A stretch of 19,692 nucleotides of DNA from NCBI GenBank assembly GCA_049472335.1, contig JBLIRO010000084.1:1-19692 (forward strand), read 5' to 3'. The stretch is from a bacterium (GTDB taxonomy: Bacteria > SZUA-182 > DTGQ01 > JAFGSM01). Positions 9,547 to 16,436 of this stretch are shown here, piece after piece (position 1 is the first letter of the stretch; each line of letters starts with the position of its first letter). The notes under the pieces are model-generated. The model had not been told where the DNA came from. It ran no database searches and saw nothing but the letters and a program-made list of their open reading frames with translations. The translations under genes were made by a program, and so were the position numbers.

Positions 9547-9816
9547 TCCGTTAAGCGGCCTCCTAACAGATAATAAGGATATCAAGAGAAGCAAAAGTGA
9601 AAATTTATCCAAGAATTTGATATATCTGTTCAAAATCAAGATCTAATTCTTGTTTAGAGAAGAAACAAGAGTTGCGAAACTCGTCCGCTACGGTGAGCTG
9701 ATAAATCAAGGGATTAGAGCTAATTTCTAATCCCTTTTTTACTTCTTGAGAGGGATTTTCTAACGGATTTCTAACGGATTGTTCAGGCAGGCCTGATTGA
9801 CTTGCATTAACAGATT
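9547..9816. other. attP-like recombination site: degenerate tRNA 3' core, IHF box, hairpin, arm-type repeats
   Basis: 9683-9699 matches tRNA end 2306-2322 at 13/17. 9700-9717 is identical to 2325-2342 (18 bp). TAAC(G/A)GA motifs at 9547-9553 (inverted), 9564-9570, 9761-9767, 9772-9778 and 9808-9814. Confidence 0.7.
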
Positions 9817-10837
9817 GTAAAAAATCCTCGAATACCCCGACCTGTTGACGATTAAAATTAACATCATTGAAAAGATGACCATATGTATCCATTGTTATCT
9901 TAATAGAGGCATGACCCAGTTGTGTCTGGATGTATTTGATATTCTGTCCGCTTGCAATCCGTAAGCTTGCATTGCTATGCCTCAGACTGTGAAAGGATAC
10001 ATACCGTAATCCTGCCTTGCGTAATGCCCTATAAAAATGCCTTTTTACTGCATTCTCATGATTGGTAAGGCTCCCTTCCGGACTTGGAAAAACAAGGTCA
10101 TAATCATTGACAGGACAGGCCATTTTCCATACCTTTAAGTCATATAAAAGATCTACAGGAATGTCTACCCTTCTGATTGAATACCTGGATTTCGGAGTAA
10201 GAAATTGAGTTTTCCATAAGGTACGCCTTAGGTTGATACTTGCTTCCTGAAAATCGATATCACCCCACTGTAATCCCCACAGTTCACCCACACGCAAACC
10301 CGCCATAATTGCCGTCTTAAAAGCTATTCTGTAATGATCCTCTATTGATAACAACCTCTGTATTTCTCTGGGGTCCAGGATCTCAATTTCAGGCCTTACA
10401 ACCCTTGGCCTCTTTAAGCACTCTGCTGGATTAGCTTTCAAATACCCCCACTCATAAGCATGTTTAAACATCTCTTTAATAACCACAATCTCGTTAGATA
10501 CCGACTTTGCCTTGACCGATCTTAACCTGTCCGAAATGTAACTTTGTAATCCCACAATAGTAATCTCATCAATGTTGAAATCACCAAAAACCGGAATTAA
10601 ACGCTTAATAATGCGCTGATATCCTTCCAGGGTAGACGGCTTGACGTTAACCTCTGCATAGTTTCTGAGCCATAAAGAAGAAAAATCTTTGAAGGTGATC
10701 TTCCGGACCTCCCTATAAGTGCCTTTGTCAATCTCATTGAGTTTGTCAGTCAATACCTTTTCTGCCTGTTTCTTAACACTGCCTCCACGGAACCACTTAC
10801 GTTTCCCATTTATAGCAATGACAGCGTAACAGGTATT
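9605..10837 (-). pseudogene. int: Tyrosine recombinase/phage-type integrase; catalytic domain intact, native start apparently removed by the transposon
   Basis: AGLRVGE (R), FHSLRH (HxxR), LGH, DTYGH (Y). Upstream of TTG 10753 the frame continues as an arm-binding-like segment NTCYAVIAINGKRKWFRGGSVKKQAEKVL, with no ATG/GTG/TTG before the Tn3 IR at 10838. Confidence 0.85.
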
Positions 10838-10875
10838 AGGGTATTTTTGCCCAACCCTCGAAAAAGTAAAATAAG
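10838..10875 (+). repeat. Tn3-family 38-bp terminal inverted repeat (single surviving copy)
   Basis: AGGGTATTTTTGCCCAACCCTCGAAAAAGTAAAATAAG is exactly 38 bp and fits the GGGG...TAAG pattern with one mismatch. It lies just downstream of the resolvase stop and exactly where integrase-like sequence ends. Confidence 0.75.
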
Positions 10876-10891
10876 GGCTATCCTCCCTTAT

Positions 10892-11517
10892 TTATAAGTC
10901 CTTCATCCCCTTTCTGAGTTTTCTCTTATTGATATAGCCATTAAGTGAGATATGATTTTTATTTCCAAGCAACTTGGTTATTTTTCTAACTGACATTCCT
11001 GCCTGTAAAAGTTCTTTAATTTTTCCACGTCTTTATCAAACTTACTTTTTTAAATAGTCCCTTTTGGTTTTCCCAGTCTGATAACCCGAGATTTTTTTGA
11101 TGCAAGGGCTTCCTTTGTTCGAAGGCTAACAAGATCCCGCTCAAGTTCTACAAAAAGGGAAAGAAGGGTGACTACTATCTTTGAATTCATATCATGCTTA
11201 TCAATATCAAGGTTTTGTTTTACAACTATGACCCGAATATTTTGGTTGATGAGTTCGTTAATCAAGAAGATAATCTCAGCAGTACTTCTTCCAAGTCGCC
11301 TTAATTCAGTAACAATTAATCTCTTGAAATCCTTTAATTTTTCTATAAGTTCATGAATTCGTCTTTGTTTGCCATCTTTCCGGGATGATATGGTAATTTC
11401 TATAAATTCACCTGCTTTAATATCCTTTTTTCTGGCATACCCCAAAGTTTCTAATCTTTAATTATTTATATCCTGTTTGTAAGTAAAAGCTAGGATGTAG
11501 GCAACGGTTTTCCCAAT
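10892..11517 (-). pseudogene. tnpR: Serine recombinase (resolvase) pseudogene
   Basis: Start is ATT. The catalytic YxRxS motif reads YILAF. In-frame stops at 11458-11460 and 11050-11052, and a frameshift near 11020 before the HTH tail (IKELLQAGMSVRKI). Core ELRRLGRS and ELERDLVSLRTKEAL retained. Confidence 0.88.
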
Positions 11518-11653
11518 TTTTCCACTTGTGTTAACTTTTAATCTTAAAACCAAACAAAAATTATATAGAATGCATATACGTTTTACTATTTAAGTCCTTA
11601 CAATTTACATATATTATAACTCACGTTTTCTTATATACATAAGGTGTACTTTG

Positions 11654-12767
11654 ATGGAAAATGCAGAAAGCAGGTTAAAAATCCTTACCAGGAGTGAAAT
11701 TCAGGAACTGTATGGTTTCCCAATTTTTACTTATGAAAAGAGGGTAAAATATTTTTCCCTCGACTTTTTGGAAATGAAAGAACTGGAGAATCTTCGAACA
11801 ATATCATCTAAGATCCATTTTATTCTGCAACTTGGATATTTTAAGGCAAAGAAGAGATTTTTTATCTTAAATCCGGGTAAAATATAAGGAAGATATCAAA
11901 TTTATCCTCCAAAGATATTTCCCTGCTACGGATGACTTTCCAAATATAGAGCCTACAAAGCCTACCAGATTATCTCAACAAGCCTGTATTCTGACATTAT
12001 TACACTATCAGGATTGTACAAAAGAAATTCGAGGTGTGCTTCAAGAAAAAGCACATTATCTAGCCACTGTTTTCACCAAACCAATTTATATCTTCAAGGA
12101 ATTGATAAATTTCCTTGAAAGCCATCATATTGTGCTCCCAGCTTATAGCTTTATGCAATACATAGTGGGGAAAGCCATTGCTGATGAGAGAAACCGCCTT
12201 GAATTGTTAGTTATACGGAATATGCCTGAGGAAACAAAGATGGCTTTAGATAAACTCCTTGGTGCTGAGGATGGGGTTTATGAACTCACTTTATTAAAAT
12301 ACGAATGGAACCATTATTTAAAACTATCCCAAAAATTTAAAAAAAATTTAAGGCCTATTTTTTTATGTCTTGACTTTAAAAGCCAAACAAAAAAGGACCC
12401 ACTTATTTATGCTATCTCTTTTCTTAAAGATGTTTTTCATAAAAACAAAAGATTAAGCCATTTTAAACCAAATGCTTTTCAACAGGAGATAATTTCATCG
12501 AAATTAAGTCGTAATATTTATGATAAAAAGAGAAAGGGGGATAAAAAAATCACAACAAGAAAAGAAATAAACGGTGGTAAGTATGAATTTCTGGTTTACC
12601 GCCTTTTAAAACACAGACTGGAATCTGGGGAAATATTTGTCAGCGAAAGTTTAAACTTTAAAAGCTTTGAAGAAGACCTCATAGATAACGAAAAATGGAA
12701 GAACAAAAAGCAGCTTATCCGAAGCCTCGAAAAAAATTTTGCTTTGTATTACTTCCTGCGGAACTAG
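11654..12767 (+). pseudogene. tnpA: Tn3-family transposase pseudogene (N-terminal DUF4158-like part only)
   Basis: RLKILT..EIQELYGFP..R.KYFSL..FILQLGYFKAKKRFF. Frameshift near 11885 (continues KEDIKFILQRYFP into ORF 12036). YEFLVY..L...LESGEIFV..S..FKSFEEDL. Apparent internal deletion near 12299; no DDE domain. Confidence 0.85.
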
Positions 12768-12993
12768 GCTTAAGTTTTGTCTTTCTTTTGTCATAACAAA
12801 TTATTATTAATTTTTATAAAATAGATTATTCGCAGGTTGCGAGACCAGTTCTCTAATTGTCTCGGGAGTGACGAGATAATCTTGAGGTACCAAATTAACA
12901 CCTCAAAATAATCGCCCCATCTCCTTTCCGATTAAGTATAGTATAAATAAAATATTTTTAAATTCTGTTTCTTCCTCTAATGCTTTATAATAT

Positions 12994-13021
12994 TTGACAA
13001 AAATTTAATTTTTATTAAAAT
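12994..13021 (+). promoter_or_regulatory. Putative sigma70 promoter of the TA operon
   Basis: TTGACA (12994-12999), 16-bp spacer, TAAAAT (13016-13021). The AT-rich context lowers specificity. Confidence 0.45.
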
Positions 13022-13067
13022 AAAATAAACTGCTTAGTTAATTAATTAGTTTCTATAGAGGTCTTTA

Positions 13068-13352
13068 ATGAAAAACAAACCTACGACCAAATTAATTGAT
13101 GCTCTCGCTGCTCGCACACATTTTGGCGAGCTTATGGAGCGAACAACAAAACAGAACCTGAGATTTTTGGTAAGCCGCCGGGGAAAGCCAAAAATAGTGA
13201 TTTTGAGCGTAGAGGATTATTTAAGAAATATTATAAAGCAACCCGATCTTCTTACTCAAATTCAGGTTAGCGCGCAAAAAGCGGGTCTGGATAGAATGAG
13301 CGATGAAGAAATTAATGTTGAGATTGAAAATTATCGAGAATCTAAAAAATAA
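13068..13352 (+). CDS. Type II antitoxin, Phd/YefM family
   Basis: IDALAARTHFGELMER...FLVSRRGKPKIVILSVEDY Phd signature. Lies 12 bp upstream of a PIN gene. Confidence 0.85.
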   Translation: MKNKPTTKLIDALAARTHFGELMERTTKQNLRFLVSRRGKPKIVILSVEDYLRNIIKQPDLLTQIQVSAQKAGLDRMSDEEINVEIENYRESKK

Positions 13353-13364
13353 AACTCTTGTTTT

Positions 13365-13796
13365 ATGCTAAAAGTTGTAGTTGATACAAATGTCGTTGTT
13401 TCAGCGCTCTTAAAACCTTACAGCAACCCTGCCTTAATTTTTTCCCTTATTATCCAAGAACAGCTTAAATTGTGTTTAAGTGCGGATATTTTTAATGAAT
13501 ACCAAAAGGTATTAAGTTATAGTAAGTTCAATCAATTGGATCAGAAAAAGGTTAGAAAATTTCTTGGCCAATTATAAAAAAATGCAATGGTAGTTGCTCC
13601 TGTTGTCTCTATAAACGTTATAAAAACGCATCCCGCAGATAATAAGTTTTTAGAATGTGCCTTTACAACAAAAGCTGATTTTCTTATTACCGGCAATACT
13701 AAACATTTTTCCTTTAAAACATTTCACCATACTGACATTGTAACACCGAGTGAATTTTTGTATGTTATTGCAAAGCTATTATTAATGGATTTATAG
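13365..13796 (+). pseudogene. PIN-domain (VapC-like) toxin split by one in-frame TAA
   Basis: KVVVDTNVVVSAL ... EY ... then TAA at 13575-13577 and in-frame continuation HPADNKFLECA...ADFLITGNTKHF...IVTPSEF. Confidence 0.85.
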
Positions 13797-13900
13797 AATG
13801 TTTAGAATCAAAATTTCTTTTATCCCTCTATTATTCAGCCCTTTCCTTACATCAAAATCCTAATTTCGCCAACAGGTTCGTTATCTAAAAGGTCAAACAG

Positions 13901-13955
13901 ATCGCCCGTCCGAAGCTCCATCATGAGTGGAGCGAAGGCGGGCGGTTATTTTTTT
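13901..13955 (+). terminator. GC-rich palindrome with symmetric GAA/GAA internal loop and T-tract (terminator or REP-like element)
   Basis: CGCCCG-t-CC-gaa-GCTCCA-tcatgag-TGGAGC-gaa-GG-CGGGCG followed by gttaTTTTTTT. Confidence 0.55.
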
Positions 13956-14159
13956 GCAATAAGAAAAGAAAGCAAAGCGGCGGGTTGCCCCTCCACTATA
14001 AAGAAAGCTAAAATTACAATGTAGAAAAATTAAAGGATTTTAGCGATGAAATTTTTCAATTTTCCCTGTTAAACAAGACTTTTTACTAAAGAAGAATCAT
14101 GATAAACTAGGGATAAACCAGAAAGGATATACTATAATTGCAGATAAAATATTAACTAA

Positions 14160-14954
14160 ATGATCAATCAATTAGATAGTAAAAAACACATGAAAAGCTT
14201 AAAGGGAAATCCTTTTCTCATTTGTATATGCGGGGCCTCCCCTTTAGAAATAGTATGGATCAGAAGAGGCTTAAAAATTAAGACTGTATGGAGAGAGGGG
14301 TCCGCACTTTATCGATTCGGGACCTATTTGGACCAAAAGGTCTTGCTTGTCCAATCCGGAATAGGTGGAAAAAATATCCGTCGTGCCTTGCGGGATCTTC
14401 CCCTTAAATATGATATAGGACTGGCTATTAATATTGGATGCACGGGCTCTCTGGTCCCGCATCTGAGGGTAGCCCATCTCAATATTCCCTGTCAAATAAG
14501 GCTCTATAAACAAAACAATCTGAATTATACTCCTGATAAAAAGACCTTGCTCTTTGCTCGTTCCAGGGCCATTTCGTTTAAAGGGGCGAAATCTCATTTC
14601 CTTCCTGCTTTAACAATAAAGAAGGCAATCGACAGGGAAGAAAAAATGGCTTTGCTCAGAAACGACCCGGAGCTTGGTTGCATTGATTTGGAATCATTTT
14701 ATTTTGCCCGGTTCTTTTCCGATATTCAAATACCTTATCTGATAGTCAGGGCGGTTTCCGATACTTGGGACTTTAACTTACCCCCGTTACCTTATCTCAG
14801 CCCTTCGTGTTGGATGAGGTGGGCAAATATGCCCCGGATTTCAAAACAATTGCCAAATATCTTGCGTTTTCATATAGCAGTGATTAAGGCATGCTGGGCA
14901 AATCAGAGATTTGTCAGATATCTAATCCGTGGCGTCAAAAGACCGGATGTTTGA
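14160..14954 (+). CDS. Nucleoside phosphorylase/MTA-SAH nucleosidase-fold protein (divergent)
   Basis: VQSGIGGKN, INIGCTGSL, IDLES and IVRAVSD motifs. The start may be at 14190. Confidence 0.7.
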   Translation: MINQLDSKKHMKSLKGNPFLICICGASPLEIVWIRRGLKIKTVWREGSALYRFGTYLDQKVLLVQSGIGGKNIRRALRDLPLKYDIGLAINIGCTGSLVPHLRVAHLNIPCQIRLYKQNNLNYTPDKKTLLFARSRAISFKGAKSHFLPALTIKKAIDREEKMALLRNDPELGCIDLESFYFARFFSDIQIPYLIVRAVSDTWDFNLPPLPYLSPSCWMRWANMPRISKQLPNILRFHIAVIKACWANQRFVRYLIRGVKRPDV

Positions 14955-14956
14955 AA

Positions 14957-15601
14957 ATGGATTTATCATTGGATATATGCGAGATTTACGAAACCCTCAT
15001 GGGAGAGGGTGTCTCTTCCGGCTACCCATGCAGCATAATCAGGTTGGGAGGTTGTAATCTGGATTGTACCTATTGCGATACGAGGTATGCAATCCTTGAT
15101 CATGAGAAAATGTCATTAGACAGAATTCTGAATCGGATCAGAACCCCATACCCCAGTCGTGTCCTTGTTACGGGGGGGGAACCTCTTATTCAACCGGAGA
15201 CCCCTGTGCTTCTTAAGTGCCTTTTGGAAAAGGGACATAAGGTATATCTTGAGACCAACGGAAGTCTGGATGTGAGTTCGATAGATCCAAAAGTCGTAAA
15301 GGTTATGGATTTAAAATGTCCGGCCAGCGGTCAGCAGGATAAGAATCGTTATCAAAATCTGAAACATTTAACACCCCAGGATGAGATCAAGTTTGTAATT
15401 GCAGATAGAAAGGATTTCCAATGGGCCCGAAAAATACTCAACAGATATTCGATCCTAAACCAGGTAACAGTCCTTTTTTCTCCTGTTGAAAGGTATTTGG
15501 AACCTCGGATATTGGCGGAATGGATAGTAAAGGAAGAACTGGAAGTGAAATTTCAGATCCAGATCCATAAGATCCTCTGGGGAGAAAAAAGAGGGGTATG
15601 A
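14957..15601 (+). CDS. queE: 7-carboxy-7-deazaguanine synthase (radical SAM)
   Basis: EIYETLMGEG, IRLGGCNLDCTYCDT (CxxxCxxC), VTGGEPL, ETNGS, DEIKFVI, QIHKILW. ATG 14957 is preferred over 14891. Confidence 0.92.
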   Translation: MDLSLDICEIYETLMGEGVSSGYPCSIIRLGGCNLDCTYCDTRYAILDHEKMSLDRILNRIRTPYPSRVLVTGGEPLIQPETPVLLKCLLEKGHKVYLETNGSLDVSSIDPKVVKVMDLKCPASGQQDKNRYQNLKHLTPQDEIKFVIADRKDFQWARKILNRYSILNQVTVLFSPVERYLEPRILAEWIVKEELEVKFQIQIHKILWGEKRGV

Positions 15602-16311
15602 AGGCGGTTTGCCTTACAAGCGGCGGTGTTGATTCAACCACCTGTCTTGCCATAGCAAAAGAGGAAGGCAGAAGGATTTATGCCCTCAGCCTCCTCTATG
15701 GTCAAAGGCACAGCCATGAAATTTATGCTGCCAAAAGGGTCGCTTCATTTTTTAAGGCTGAAAAACACCTTTGCCTGACAGTAGACCTGGGAAAGATTGG
15801 CGGGTCCAGCCTGACCGACCTCTCCCAGGTCATACCCACAACACCTGTTTCAAAAACCACTAATGAGACAAATACATTATCGGTGGAATCATTCATCCCA
15901 AATACCTATATTCCCGGCAGAAACCTGATTTTTCTGTCTCTTGCTGTTGCCTGGGCAGAAGCCATAGGCGCCGCAGAGATCTTTATCGGGGCCAACTCCC
16001 TTGACTACAGCGGCTATCCGGACTGCAGGCCGGCCTTTCTGGAATCATTCGAAAAAACCGCAAACCTGGCAACAAAAGCAGGGGTCATAAACGGTCAAAA
16101 TATTAGCGTCCGGGCGCCCCTTCTTTATATGTCAAAGGCAGAGATTATTCGAACCGGTTTAAGTCTGGGTGTAGACTACAGTATGACATCCAGTTGTTAT
16201 CAGCCGGATATTAAAGGCCGGCCATGCGGAAAATGTCATAGCTGTCAATTAAGGCTGAAAGGTTTTAAAGAGGCAGGTTTGTCCGATCCGCTTGAATATC
16301 AGAATAAATAA
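15598..16311 (+). CDS. queC: 7-cyano-7-deazaguanine (preQ0) synthase
   Basis: SGGVDS PP-loop, YGQRH, TYIPGRN, DYSGYPDCR, SC...CGKCHSC Zn site. ATGA overlap with queE. Confidence 0.95.
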   Translation: MKAVCLTSGGVDSTTCLAIAKEEGRRIYALSLLYGQRHSHEIYAAKRVASFFKAEKHLCLTVDLGKIGGSSLTDLSQVIPTTPVSKTTNETNTLSVESFIPNTYIPGRNLIFLSLAVAWAEAIGAAEIFIGANSLDYSGYPDCRPAFLESFEKTANLATKAGVINGQNISVRAPLLYMSKAEIIRTGLSLGVDYSMTSSCYQPDIKGRPCGKCHSCQLRLKGFKEAGLSDPLEYQNK

Positions 16312-16436
16312 AACAACAGATCATAATTGCCTCTTCACTTATACCAACGATTTCCGGAAACTTCATTAATGAACAATAACGACTTTTTTCGAATCTACCA
16401 AGCCTTAATCCTTAACTTAATAACATTGAGATGGGA

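Larger units (their letters stand above)
10838..12767. mobile_element. Tn3-family transposon remnant (IR, tnpR, res region, truncated tnpA)
   Basis: 38-bp terminal IR-like sequence and divergent resolvase and transposase pseudogenes. No matching second IR found. Confidence 0.8.
2321..13955. mobile_element. Decaying composite genomic island at the tRNA-Asn 3' end (right boundary approximate)
   Basis: Starts at the tRNA 3' end. Contains a degenerate repeat of the tRNA end plus hairpin (9683-9740), a tyrosine integrase, a Tn3 remnant, a TA pair and several pseudogenes. Host-like genes resume at 14160. Confidence 0.6.

Noticed and set aside
12881..12918. Second Tn3 IR (38 bp ending CCCC)
   Set aside because: Little internal identity to the 10838-10875 IR and no matching 5-bp target duplication (GTATT vs ATCTC).
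13970..14015. preQ1-I or c-di-GMP-I riboswitch upstream of the que operon (GCAAAGCGGCGGGTTGCCCCTCCACTATAAAGAAAGCTAA)
   Set aside because: The A-rich tail and GCAAAGC/GGTTGCC fragments are suggestive, but I cannot form the preQ1 P1 stem or the c-di-GMP P2/P3 stems. An Infernal/Rfam scan would settle it.
14891..14956. Longer N-terminus for queE
   Set aside because: It overlaps the upstream gene by 64 bp and is not QueE-like. ATG 14957 fits operon spacing.
14957..16311. QueC-based defence or DNA-modification system (Qat, CBASS type IV, Dpd)
   Set aside because: QueC and QueE look canonical, and no ATPase, TatD, cyclase or TGT-like/dpd gene is adjacent.
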